64,000 nucleotides of DNA from Mobula hypostoma. Taxonomy: Eukaryota. The notes beneath the pieces are model-generated. The model was not told where the DNA came from. It worked only from the letters and a program-made list of their open reading frames with translations, and ran no database searches. Numbering within the stretch: position 1 is the stretch's first letter; each line of letters opens with the position of its first letter. Where the stretch lies: NCBI RefSeq assembly GCF_963921235.1, contig NC_086097.1, positions 226,116,001-226,180,000 on the forward strand. The letters run 5' to 3'. The position numbers were made by a program, and so were the translations under genes. Below are positions 1-11,660 of the stretch, piece by piece.

Positions 1-47
1 CCTTCAGATCGCTAGTCCAACGCCTTAACCACTTGGCCATGCGCCAC
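1..47 (-). mobile_element. 5' head of a tRNA-derived SINE (truncated by window edge)
   Basis: Minus strand reads GTGGCGCATGGCCAAGTGGTTAAGGCGTTGGACTAGCGATCTGAAGG, with a Pol III A-box (TGGCCAAGTGG) and tRNA-like D/anticodon arms; it abuts Tc1 sequence. Confidence 0.65.
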
Positions 48-271
48 ATTTACAAAGGGGATGAGTACTTTTTCAGCCTCACAATTTTGGTTTTTAATTT
101 TTAATAAATTTTTGACAGGTTTTGGAATTTTTCTTTTGATTTGAATGATGCACAATGTTTTGTAGATTAGCTCAAAAAACAGTGGTACTCCAATATATTT
201 TAGATTTAGAAAAGGATACAGTAAAATTTGAAAACAGTTGCAGGGGCTCAATACTTATTCAAGGCACTGTA
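48..271. mobile_element. Tc1-like DNA transposon right end
   Basis: Ends ...GGGGCTCAATACTTATTCAAGGCACTG|TA, the typical Tc1 terminal inverted repeat (CAGTGCCTTG..AAGTATT) followed by the TA target. Confidence 0.75.
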
Positions 272-2029
272 CTAGGCAATTTTCCTCTACCAATGTTGTT
301 GCTGGACTGATGGAGCTTGGCTGGAAGTATAGTTACATCTGGAGTACATCTCTTCATTTGCACCACGGGCCTGATGTTGAAATCCACAGGATTCACATTC
401 AGGGTCTGAAATTGTTTAACTGCTTAATACTTTTTTTTAATCTATTGGAATGAGCATGCCTCAGTAACATATTCCTTTCTTATTTGTCCATGATCCACAA
501 CTGGGCTGATCAGTTATTTTGTTGCACGTTGTCTACACAGGAGCAGTTGGTTGGACAGAGCTTCTATGGATTTAACTTGTACAAATGAAAGGCAATTATA
601 AGAATAATTATTGTTATAAATGTCTCCAGAATCAGATTTGGACTTTGGATTTTGACCTTCAGTATCAACCCCTGAACTAGCCGACAATAGGACCCCGAAA
701 TCCAGGCTCAAACTCTAGTCTCCAGGCTCGCTGACTGACCAGCCCTCATGCCTCTTGCTTGCACAGTCAAAAGTCAAAGTTTACAGTAACTATCATTATT
801 AGACCTGATATAAACCAGATATTGGCAATAGGCGCAGCATAAGGAAAAGTACACAACCATAAAAAGGGATCATTCGTACTATTTGACTGTTTTTGCAGCA
901 TACACCTGGGATGTTTTGTTTGGGCTATGAATCCACTGAAAGTGTGGTACTTCTGAACTTAGTGCCCTGTGCTGTTTCATCCTCCACTGAATGGGTAAGC
1001 AAAATTCCCCAGTTGAAGTCTAATTGAGTAAGTTATTTTATTTCTTTTGTATGATCTAGTGCTTCATTCAATATGATTTCTTACAATCTTAATTTCTGTC
1101 TAAACTAAATAAATCTCATGTAAGTAATGCACTTTGCTGAAAATAATGGTTGAATAAGATTGATTGAGGGTAAATAGCCCTATCGATCTGTTCAGATAGC
1201 TTTACAAATATCTGAAAGCGATATCTGATTTGAACTAAAGTTGCAATTACTTTCATTGTGTTCCCCAATTCTTCTTTACAAATTTGTTGTAGTAATTATT
1301 TAAATCTAAAATGGTACCTAAATCATTATCACGCTGGAGGAGATATCAACAATAAGTGTGCATTCATGAATCCATTGCTTTTGTGTGGCAATCATTGTGA
1401 GGTTTCTTAACTCTAATTTTTAACAAATTTCCACTGTATTTTGTATAAAATTTTGCATGACAAATTAAAATAATGCCATGTGCTCACCAGAATGAAGTTC
1501 AGTTCTTCAGTCGAATTGATATTGGCTGGGAAAAGTAGAGCTAATTCACTCCAAACCATCAGCCCTTTGATCGTGGGTACTTATAGACAAATCTTCAATG
1601 ATTAATCCTGAATATGCATGGAAGAGTTTAAGAAAAGCCAAAATGGAATTGAAGTCATGTTTATGTTCAGTTTACATTTTACATTAGATCGCGGAATCAA
1701 ACTTCAAATTGCATCATTGCATCTGCGCAGTTCTCTGCTAAATAACAGTTGATGGATTACTTGCAATTCAGCTGACAAAAGATCAAGGAACACACATTTA
1801 ATTTTTTAGAAGAAACTGAGCTTGTTTACTTGCTATCGTATCTCCTTTTCCCCTTCCCCATCCATGAATGTATTAATCGTATGTTAAAACTTGTTTGGAA
1901 ATTTAGTGTTTTCATAACTTAACGATAAGAAATGAGAACTTGTTAAATACAAAGTTATATTCAAGTGTTGCAGTCACAAATTTCTTGTTGGAGGAGCTAT
2001 GTATCTACCTTCTGTCTGTCTCTATTTTG

Positions 2030-2411
2030 TGTTGCGTGTTTATTATGAGTAATTTGTCTCGTGCGACGGCATGCAGTAGAAGCAAATGAGTGTAGTTACA
2101 TATTCACGCTTTGTCTTAATTGGTTTTAGTTTAGTTAGAGGGTGTGAATTGCGGGTGATATTTCTTTCTTGATCATTAATTATGTTAATTTCTCTTATCT
2201 ACAATCTTCACTATTATACTAATTTGAACACTAATTATTCTTATGCTATATTGCTAATTTTGTTTCGTTAATTTTTTATCACCATAAGCTCGTTGGGCTT
2301 TGCTGGTTTTGTAATAAAGGATTGAATGTACTTATTTTGACTTGGACCTCAGTTATCACCTCCCATACTCAGTCTCTCAGTGGTTTTAGTTTGTTTCAAG
2401 TCACCGCGACA
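2030..2411 (+). mobile_element. Possible solo LTR
   Basis: TGTTGCG...CGCGACA near-inverted termini, AATAAA at ~2313, more CpG than the flanks; no target-site duplication found. Confidence 0.3.
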
Positions 2412-4374
2412 CGAGTAGTTAATTGACTGACATGCAAATTTCTTGAAGTTCAATGCATTTGTTTCAAGTTGATATGCGATGTTATTCCTTCATTTAATCA
2501 AACCTTATGACCGGAAGAATTTTTTAAAAATTAGGTCATGAAATTTAACTATTATAGATATAAGATTTAATAGCAGCTGAACTAAATCATTTCTGGAAGT
2601 GGCTACAAGAACTGCAAGACAAGAATAACCATTGTGACTATGCAGGCAATATGCCAAATTTGTGTTGCCTGTTCATTTGCAGAAGTTTGGCATTCAGCCA
2701 CAGTATCCATACTGTTCATCAGTGGGGGGGGGGGGAGTGAAACGTGAAATACCACACTAATTTATTTTTCTTTATGACATAAACAAACCTGCAACTGGTA
2801 AAAGCCAGACAGATACCTTGTGACTAGAGCAGTGCTGGCAGACAGACAGTCACTCAAGAAGACAGTTCAACCAGGGAAATATTGAAGAAGTGATAACAAA
2901 GGGAAAAAAATGTTTTATGGCAACACTGAGTAGGTGGTAAATTGAAGAGATGAGCTGCAAGTCCAGAGGTGCAGGAGGGCCTCCAAAATCCATTGAGAAG
3001 TAGGAACGGATAGCCACACAGATTGATAGAGAAATAAATGTCATCAATGAAGAAATTTAATCACCTCATGAAAGTAGTAACCTCATTGAATGCAGTTAAA
3101 AATACTATATCCCACCATGGTATTAATTGGACTATTTTCACCATTGGATAACATACAATCCTTTATACCCTCATTGCTAACTTCATAATACTCTGCTGAC
3201 ATTTATATCTTCATCACAATCACCTGGCATGGTTGCAAGACAGGCACTCATATGACTCAACATACAATCAATTATTCAACCATGGCACATAAGTCACCAA
3301 CACATATCAGCCAATATTCACTGACACTGTTTCCTCTGTTGTATAAAATGTATTGGCCCATAACTAGGGTCAATCTGAACTAAGTGGAAGGAGATAGCAA
3401 AAGCTGCATGCCTTTGTACAACGGAGGGCAATTGCTTAAAACAGATAGTGACATGTTAGCAAGTCAAGGTATTTAATCAATAATATTGTTGTTTCTTAAG
3501 CTACTATAGGAAAAGAGTTACCGTCTCTAGTACAATCATTAATACCACAAAACCATCATTCCCTATAACTCTATTGTCCAACATCATCACAGTACACAGA
3601 GATCCACAGAGAACAATATGTCGATGCAAACTGATGCTATATTTAAAACTGCTTTCTCACATTGTCTATATCTGTGAACCACAAGGCACTTGTGATTATA
3701 AACATTTCATCCTCTTTGAATAGAGCAAAAGCTATGAATCTAATCTAATAAACAATTTTCAGAATTTTAATGATCTCACTCATTTTACTGTTGAGCCAAC
3801 TTGTGAGAATTGGTTGGAGATATGAATGCAAAAGCTATTGTGTTTGTCAGGCTTGAATTTACTACTCTACTTCCTGAAGTCTATGTTGGAACCAAAAAAA
3901 AATCACACTACTTCATGATTAAACACAACTTTAGATTAGGTTTATCCCTAGCAGAGGCCATTTGCTCAAGGATCAACTTTATTTGCCATATACACCCTGT
4001 GGCCACATTAGTAGTAACCTCCTATACCTAACAAAGTGGATCACGGTCTTCTGCTGCTATAGCTGAGCCGCTTCAAGATTTGACGTGTTGTGCGTTCACG
4101 GGTGCTCTTCTGCACACCACTGTTGTAGGCGTGGTAACTGGAGTTAGTCACCTTACTGCCAGCTTGGACCAGTCTGGCCGTTCTCCTTGGACCTCACTCA
4201 CTAACAAAGGATTGTCACCCACAGAACTGCCACTCACTGGATGTTTCTGTGTTTTGCACAATTCTCTGTAAACTTAGGCACTGTTGTGCATTGAACTCTC
4301 AGATCAGCACTTTTTAAGATGCTCAAACCACACTGTCTGGTACCAACAATCATTCCAAGGTCAAAGTCACTTAG

Positions 4375-5177
4375 TAACACAGAGAAAATGCTGGAGGAAC
4401 TGAGCAGGCCAGACAGCATCTATAGAAAGGAATAAATAGTCAACATTTCTGGCCAAAACCTTCATCAGGACTGAAAAGGGAGGGGGAAGAAGCGAGAATA
4501 AGAAAGTGGGGGGGGGGAGGGGAAAGAGTACAAGCTAGAAAGTGATAGTTGAAGCCAGCTCGATGAGGGAAGGGGGAATGAAATGAGAAGCTGGCAGGTG
4601 ATAGATGGAAAAGGCAAAAGGGCTGGAGAAGAAGGAATATGAGAGGAGAAGAAAGTGGATCATGGGAGAAAGGGAAGGAGAAGGGACACCAATGGGATGT
4701 GGTAGGCAGGTGAGGAGAATAGAGAGGTAAGAGGGGAGCCAGAGTGAGGAATGAAAGAGGAAGGGGGAAAATTACCGGATGCTAGAGAAATCAATGTTCA
4801 TGCTATCAGGTTGGAAGTTACCCAAATATAACATAAGGACTTCCTCCTCCAACCTAAGAGTGGCATCATCATGGCACCAGAGGAGGCCATGACCCAGCAT
4901 GTCAGAATGGAAGTGGAAATTGGAATTAAAATGGTTGGCCTCCAGGAAATCCTCCTTGTTGTGGGTGGAGCAAAGTTGCTCAACAATGCAGTCCTGCAAT
5001 CTATGTCGGGTCTTACCAATGTAGAGGAAGCCACATCGGGAGCACCGGGTACAGTAGATGACACCAACAGATCTGCTGCTGAATTGTTGCCACACCTGGA
5101 AGCACCGTTTGGGGCCCTGAATGGAGTTGAGCTGTATAAAGGGTAACAAAAGACATGTATGTGACCTTAGTGACTTA
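4375..5177 (-). mobile_element. Penelope-like element 3' fragment (GIY-YIG endonuclease + pLTR)
   Basis: ORF 4772-5245 contains GVIYCTRCSRCGFLYIGKTRHRL...ANHFNS...LRLEE...QPDSMNIDFS; followed by a pyrimidine-rich tract and a hammerhead-bearing terminal repeat; flanked by imperfect duplication TCAAAGTCACTTAG (4361-4374) / TCAAAGTCGCCTAG (5178-5191). Confidence 0.88.
4438..4472 (-). ncRNA. Minimal type I hammerhead ribozyme motif (partly decayed)
   Basis: AGTC-CTGATGA-AGGTTTTGGCCA-GAAATGTT-GACT: core boxes and stem I retained, stems II and III weakened. Confidence 0.6.
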
Positions 5178-5504
5178 TCAAAGTCGCCTAGATCAAATTT
5201 CTTTCCCGCTGAACCGCTTGACCATGCCTGCATGTTTCTATGCATTGAGTTGCTGCCACATGATTGGCTGATTATATAATTGCATTAACAAGCTGGTGTG
5301 CAGGTTTACCGAATAAAATAATATATATTTATATATATTTGTGTGTTTCTGTGGTGTGTTGGTACAAGATGCAACTAAAAATGACAACATTCAACAATTA
5401 TACAAAATACAAAATATTAAAATAAAGTTAGAAGTACAAATATGGAATAAAATATGGAAAATACATAACCAAATGATTACATAATTGAATACTTGAATAA
5501 TTGG

Positions 5505-5629
5505 CAAACACGAGGAAATCTGCAGATGCTGGAATTTCAAGCGAAGGGTCTCAGACTGAAATGTCGACTGTACCTCTTCCTAGAGATGCTGCCTGGCCTG
5601 CTGCGTTCACCAGCAACTTTTATGTGCGT
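5505..5629. mobile_element. Short Penelope pLTR-derived insertion with inverted piece
   Basis: Inverted pLTR end joined to a sense pLTR piece holding half a hammerhead (GAAGGGTCTCAGACTGAAATGTCGACTG); exact 15-bp duplication TACTTGAATAATTGG at 5490-5504 and 5630-5644. Confidence 0.8.
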
Positions 5630-5952
5630 TACTTGAATAATTGGATTGTGTCACATTTTCAAGTAAATGACATTTCCACATTCAATAATTTCTTAATCTG
5701 GTTCCACCATCCCACTGACATGAGCTTGCCTTTTAGGTGTGCTAAGAATACAAGTAAATCAGAATGAGGATCATGTTTATTATCATCGGCATATCATGAA
5801 ATTTGTTAACTTAGCGGCAGCAGTAAATATAGAAAATAAATAAATAAATTAAATTACTAAACACAGACACACACACACATACAAACACATATATATATGT
5901 GTGTGTTTATTAAATAACTAAATTAAAAATAGTACGAAAACAGAAAAAAGTG

Positions 5953-6085
5953 AGTCCTGCCAAACGGTTTCGGCCTGAAACATCGACTGTACTTTTTTCC
6001 GTAGATGCTGCTTGGCCTGCTGAGTTCCTCTGGAATTTTGTATGTGTTGCTTGGATTTCCAGCATTTGCAGTTTCTCCCTTGTCT
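5953..6085 (+). mobile_element. Penelope pLTR fragment with degenerate hammerhead
   Basis: AGTCCTGCCAAACGGTTTCGGCCTGAAACATCGACTG followed by GATGCTGCTTGGCCTGCTGAGTTCC, the repeat shared by all pLTR copies here. Confidence 0.75.
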
Positions 6086-6179
6086 GAAAAAAAATGAGGT
6101 AGTGTTCATAGGGTCAATATCCATTTAGAAATTGGATGGCAGAGGGGAAGAAATTGAAAGATTGATTCACCTGGGACTG

Positions 6180-6620
6180 TACTGATGGATTGAGTAACCT
6201 GGGACTGTACTCGCTGATATTTGGAACAGTAAGAGGAGATCTTATAGAGACATATAAAATTATGAAAGGGATATATAAAACAGAGGCAGGAACGTTGTTT
6301 CCATTGGTAGGCGAGACTAGAACTAGGGGACATAGCTTCAAGATTCGAGGGAGTAGATTTAGGACCGAGATGAGGAGGAACTGCTTTTCCCAGAGAGTGG
6401 TGAATCTGTGGAATTCTCTGCCCAATGAAGCTGTGGAGGGTACCTCAGTAAATATATTTAAAACAAGGTTTTTTCATAGTAGAAGAATTAATGGTTATGG
6501 AGAAAAGGCAGGTAGGTGGAGATGAGGCCATGGCCAGATCAGCCTTGATCTTATTGAATGGCGGAGGAGTCTCGACGGGCCAGATGGCCTACTCCTGCTC
6601 CTGTTTCTTATGTTCTTATG
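6180..6620 (+). mobile_element. CR1 LINE 3' fragment
   Basis: RGDLIETYKIMKG...TRGHSFKI...FSQRVVNLWNSLP C-terminus, 3' hairpin and TTCTTATG tail repeats. Confidence 0.9.
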
Positions 6621-6815
6621 CAAGAAGCTGTTTCTGAATTACTAAGTATGTGCCTTCAGTAATTCTGTACCTCCTTTCTGACAGTAACAATGAGAAGTGA
6701 GCATGTCCTGGGTGATGGGGTCCTTAATAATGGATGTCAACTTTCTGAGGCACAGTTCCTCAGCTCCTTGAAGGTGTCTTGGATACTACAGAGACTAGTA
6801 CCCATGATGGAGCTG

Positions 6816-6930
6816 ACCGAAGGGTCTCGGCCCAAAACATCGACTGTACCTTTTTCCATAGATGCTGCCTGGCCTGCTGAGTTCCTTCAGCATTTTTTGT
6901 GTGTTGCTTCAGCAGATCTGCTCTTGTTTC
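6816..6930 (+). mobile_element. Penelope pLTR fragment
   Basis: GAAGGGTCTCGGCCCAAAACATCGACTG...GATGCTGCCTGGCCTGCTGAGTTCC. Confidence 0.75.
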
Positions 6931-6934
6931 TTGT

Positions 6935-8160
6935 TTGTAATATCTATTAAGTATGTTGTTCTTGCTTCTTTGTTCTGTATTATTATATCCAGACAGTTAT
7001 TATGGATTATCCTATCTGTAATCGTGGATCAGTTGTAATATAACTTGTGGAACAGTAACTCTAAAATTGAATCAGGCTTGTATTTATAGTAAGGCAAAGT
7101 TTGTATGAGTTTGTATTTTAAAGCAAGATTTTGGTGAATAATGTTTGCCACTTGACTGTGTTTGTGTAAGTAATCAGATTGAGTTAAACTGCTGCAGGAT
7201 CCTGTAATGCGTTGGATTGTTTCTGCTTTCTTTTTATCATTTTCTGCATTTATTGTCTTGAATTTGTTGGTCTTTTATTCGGTATTTTTCTTCATTTTTT
7301 GTGTTAACCATCTGGTACTGTATTGCCACAAGGAACCCTTCTGTTTCTGAGAAGAGGTCTCAAACTCTGAGCCAAGTGTTTGATGCTTCCTTGTCAATAT
7401 CTAGTCTGCTCAGATCGTGGGGATGCCTTCCATGGAGAGTCATGCTTTTCCGTTGGTTAACTCCCTCTTTTATAGTGACAATTTCTTCATTTTTCTGGAC
7501 TGTGTTCTCATTTAAGTTTAGTGCTGTTTTCTTCTTATCAGAAATGCATCTGGTCAAGTGGCGAGCTGAATCCTGTTTAGGGTGATGAAAATATATCCCT
7601 AGAAGTTTTATCTCACTGTTGTGCAGACTTTTAGTGTCTTTTATTCCACTTTCCCCTTATGTCCTAGGTAGTGTTAATCTAAGCCCATTCCAGTGTACAT
7701 AATGTTTTCTGAAATTTGTCATTTCAGTTCTTATTTTTCTTTGCAAATTTTCCAGGTCAGTTTCAGACCAAGATATTATGCCAAAAGAATATGTTAATAG
7801 GGATATAGCAAAAGTGTTTATTGCCTTTGTTATATTTTTACTGTTGAGCTCTGTTTGCCAGATTTTCTTAAGCCTTGAAGTAAATTCTGTCAATCATTTT
7901 TCCTTTATCATATGATGGTCTATTTTATTTGCTTGTTGATATCCTAGATAGTTATGTTTCACGTTCATCCATTGGTTGTATTGTATCCTTCTGCTCTGTT
8001 TTGTCTCATATTAGCTCTATTGCACCTTACCTTATGCTTAATGTTCTGAATTTATCCAGCACAAAGTTCATGGTTATATCTTTTGAAAATAGTTCTACTA
8101 TTTGAATTAATTGATTTAGTTTTACTGATGAAGGAGTGAATTATTTCATATCATCCATGT
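6935..8160 (-). mobile_element. Dong/R4-clade non-LTR retrotransposon remnant (RT end, zinc knuckle, restriction-like endonuclease)
   Basis: Minus-strand HMDDMK at ~8143-8160; LNSKNITKAINTFAISLLTYSFGIISWS...RLTLPR; decayed CCHC knuckle (CRK*..ETIQRITGSC); TDRIIHNNCLDIII..K..TTYLID (RPD decayed to CLD); abuts (TAA)n at 8162-8179. Confidence 0.8.
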
Positions 8161-8774
8161 GTTATTATTATTATTATTACACATTTGTATTATTATTACG
8201 CATTTCTATTGATAGTCATCATCTTAATATCAGCCACCATGTTGTGATGGCCTATAATTTCTCCTGTACTACTTGTGGGCCATTGGCATCAGTCTTAAAG
8301 CCAAAGTACACTACTTCTTGCCAATAAGGTCCACATTTGCTCCAGTTCAATTTCGCATCGTGCTCCTAGGATCATTGGAACAGTTCCTACAAAATCAGAA
8401 TGTTTCTCTTTTTCATATGCACCTGGCAATCATTTGATCTAATGGGTTACACAATCAATGATGTACGCCTTGCAGTATTTTACCCAATATGGGCTAGTAC
8501 ACCTTGAGCAAAGAGAACCATGTCCTTTTTTGTGCTGATGTTCACGTACTGGTGACTATCCCTTTTAAAACTCAATAACGTGTAGGAATGGAGAGCAATG
8601 GAAGAAGCTGTGAGTGAAGGCTAGGTCACAGGTGATGGGACCTGATTTCCTGTTTCATCACTGATACAACAACCCTTTTTAAGAAAAATTCGCAACCCCA
8701 TTCGAAAGTGCAACAGACCTGGCTGACATAAAGCTGAACGTGTCATGGCAATGCAAGGCAGTCTGTGGTCTCTG

Positions 8775-9445
8775 TTATGACTGCAATCGAAGTCACCGGA
8801 GAGACACTGAATCTGGTGAGAGAGAAGTATTTATTCAGCACACCAAGCAAGCAACATTCCGGAGACACTCTTGGTAGAGGTTCACAAACCCAAAGGTATA
8901 CTCTTAAGATCAAGGGTAACAGTAGGTGATTCAATACAATTTCAATAATTACAATGACATTGTTTACTTTGACTTGACAAATGGTTCATAGCGGAAGAAC
9001 ATCGTAATTGATAAGACAGCTCTGAAGGCCCAAATGCCTTTGGAAGAAATTGATAAACTCAAATATTCTAAAACTCTTTGATGACAGAGAACCAGACACC
9101 CAAAATTAATGTTGTCAGGGATGTCTCTGAGTGCACAAATATTGTAAGTACACGCAAACTATTGATTGCCTATATTTGTGACCATGTTTGGTATGTTACA
9201 ACATCCGTCTGGTCTTGGTCTGCCCGTTTGAACTCGAGTCACAATGGTGCAAATGATTTAGCCATGTTGCCTGCTTTGATGCAATCCAATTAACACAATC
9301 CCATTGTTTTAATGTTGACTCTTGCATATGCAATCGCTTAGTCTGTGGAGCAGCATGTGCTTTTAACTTTAATTTACTGCTTGCAATTTATATATAAAAA
9401 AACTGAAGGGTAATTGCAAGCTTCCTGAACTTATTTACATTTACA
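8775..9445 (-). mobile_element. Possible solo LTR
   Basis: Begins TGTTATGAC with a minus-strand AATAAA ~60 nt inside; the far boundary and TSD are unresolved. Confidence 0.25.
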
Positions 9446-9494
9446 ATAAGAACTGAAGCCTGGTTCTTATTTGAATTAATATTTGTTTTTCTCA

Positions 9495-10070
9495 CAGAAC
9501 TCCAGAATATGCCCTAACAGACTCAATGATGAATTCCTTGGAGTCCCCTGATGCCAATGGCCAGAGGTGGGGACTTCGTAAGCGGTGTGAGAGGAAGCAG
9601 AAGCAAGGCGAGCGGGCAGAAGTCTGTGCCAGGAAAAAAGCAAGCCCTAACCAGCCGGCTCTCCCGTCCATTCTGCTCTCTAACGGACACTAAATTGGAC
9701 TACATCCGACTCCAACGAAATACTCGGCGTGAGTACAGAAACGGACCTGATCCTGGATGCCGCCATTCAGCTGTTTATTTATGTAACAGTTTTTCCCCCA
9801 AGCCATCGGACTACCAACCTACTGCCCTCCGCTGTGCCTATTGTCTTGTTTATTATTTATTGTAATGCCTGCACTGTTCTGTGTACTTTTGTAGTCCTGG
9901 GTAGGTCTGTAGTCTAGTGTATTTTTTGTGTTGTTTTACATAGTTCAGTGTAGTTTTTGTATTGTTTCATGTAGCACCATGGTACTGAAAAACGTCGTCT
10001 CATTTTTACTGTGTACTGTACCAGCAGTTATGGTCGAAATGACAATAAAAAGTGACTTGACTTGACTTGA
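9495..10070 (+). mobile_element. Internally deleted Rex1/Babar element (ORF start fused to 3' UTR)
   Basis: RKRCERKQKQGERAEV...LPSILLSN...KLDYIRLQRNTRREYR (Rex1-type endonuclease N-terminus) jumps at ~9775 to TTTTTCCCCCAAGCCATC and a 3' UTR ending AATAAAAAGT(GACTT)n. Confidence 0.75.
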
Positions 10071-11009
10071 CAAGAACAAAGCAAGGAAACATATTGTGTT
10101 GGCATCTGATTACGTTGGTATTCTGAACACACATAACATTAATGATATGCTGAACAGTGGTGGACACATGGATGGCAAAGCACAACTAAGGTCAATTTTT
10201 TAAGGTGCAACTTCAGAGTCAATGCTCAAAACATTCCTGTACTCTAGCCTGAGGTGTCTCAGCCTATCTGTCACTACGGTATTAATTTACCCTATTTGCA
10301 CATCAATATTCATATCTTATTTAACATCCTAAATCAAAACCCATCTGTTTGTTCCTCATGATATGATCAAACCTCTAAACTATAAGCTTCTGCTTTAAAT
10401 TGTCATTTCAATTTGTCATTGACTTTAGTTTTGTTGCTTGCCTTATTCGTGGATCTGCAGGCTGTCGAAATGTGAATTTTGTTTTGTTAACAAACAAACA
10501 AAATTGAGTGATGATAATGGTAATGGTTGCAACTAACTGAACTAGCCTCACCAGTGTATTTTATGGTCAAAGTCTTAATTACCACTTAACTAGGAGCTTA
10601 AGTTAAACCACCTAACTACTCCACTCACTCAAAGGAAACAATTTTTTATTGAATTCACGGATTCCATTTCCTTCAATACAGCTGCTTTGCAATGTTAGAT
10701 ATTGCACACTCAGCAACTCTGACTGAAATTGTTCATTTACAAATCCATACTCTAACTTATTACTCAAGACATAATATAAAAAGATACCAAAATGTCAAGG
10801 CAAGAAGTTCTTTCATGAAGCAATGTACCTGCAATGCCCAACCTGCCTCTGGTTCCTTTTCTCAATCTTCTAGCTTTTTAACTTTTTCTCATAGCTTTAT
10901 ATTATTGCAATCTTCCAGTTTCTGCTCAATACCTTTCAAGAAGTTATCTTTCACTTTGTGTGCAGAGAGGTTTGTTAATGTGCCATGTACTTTTATCCAC
11001 TTTTACATC

Positions 11010-11660
11010 AGAATCTTATTATCACTGACATATGCTGTGAAATTTGTTGGTGTGCAGCAAAAACATGGAGCAATACATTAAAAATTACTATAAATTACAA
11101 TTACAGTGTATTAAAAATAAACAGACAGATAGCAAAATAGTAAGGTAGTGTTCATGAGTTCATGGACCATCCAGAAGAAGCTAAAATGTATGGCCTTCAG
11201 GCTCTTGTACCTCCACCTTGATGGTAGAAATAAGAAGAGGCATGTCCTTGATGGAGAGGGTCCTTCATGATGGATGTTATCTGCTGAGGCATTGCCTTTT
11301 ATAGATGTCCTTGATGCTGGGAGGATAGTGCCCATGATGGAGTTGGTTGAGTTTACAACCCTCTGCATCTTTTTTGACCCTCTGCATTGTCGCCCTCACA
11401 CCAGACAGTGATGCAACCAGTCAGAATGCCCTCCACAATCATCTGTAGAAATTTCTAGAGACTTTAGTGACATTCCAAACCTCTTCAGGCACCTAATGAA
11501 ATATAGCCAGTGGAGTCTCTTCTTTACAATTGCATCAATACGTTGGACCCAGGATAGATCTTCAGAGATGTTGACACGCAGGAACATGAAGCTGCTCACT
11601 CTTCCCACTACTGAACCCTGGCTGAGAACTCCTCTATGTTCTCCCAGTTTCCTTTTCAAG
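11010..11660 (-). mobile_element. Rex1/Babar LINE 3' fragment
   Basis: RVSSFMFLRVNISEDLSW..IDAIVKK...LYFIRCLKRFGMS; LPSRWRYKSLKA. Confidence 0.85.

Larger units (their letters stand above)
3993..5318 (-). mobile_element. Non-autonomous Tc1-like element, interrupted by a Penelope insertion
   Basis: Starts TA|CACCCTGTGGCCAC; minus-strand peptide SDFDLGMIVGTRQCGLSILKSADL resembles the Tc1 transposase N-terminal HTH; sequence resumes at ~5178. Confidence 0.75.
5757..6815 (-). mobile_element. Rex1/Babar LINE 3' end with nested pLTR and CR1 fragments
   Basis: Tail and 3' coding remnant match the other copies at 28555 and 62705; split at ~5950-6085 and ~6180-6620. Confidence 0.75.

Noticed and set aside
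1..47. tRNA gene (also 30687, 49198, 53037)
   Set aside because: No complete cloverleaf visible; context and tails indicate SINE heads
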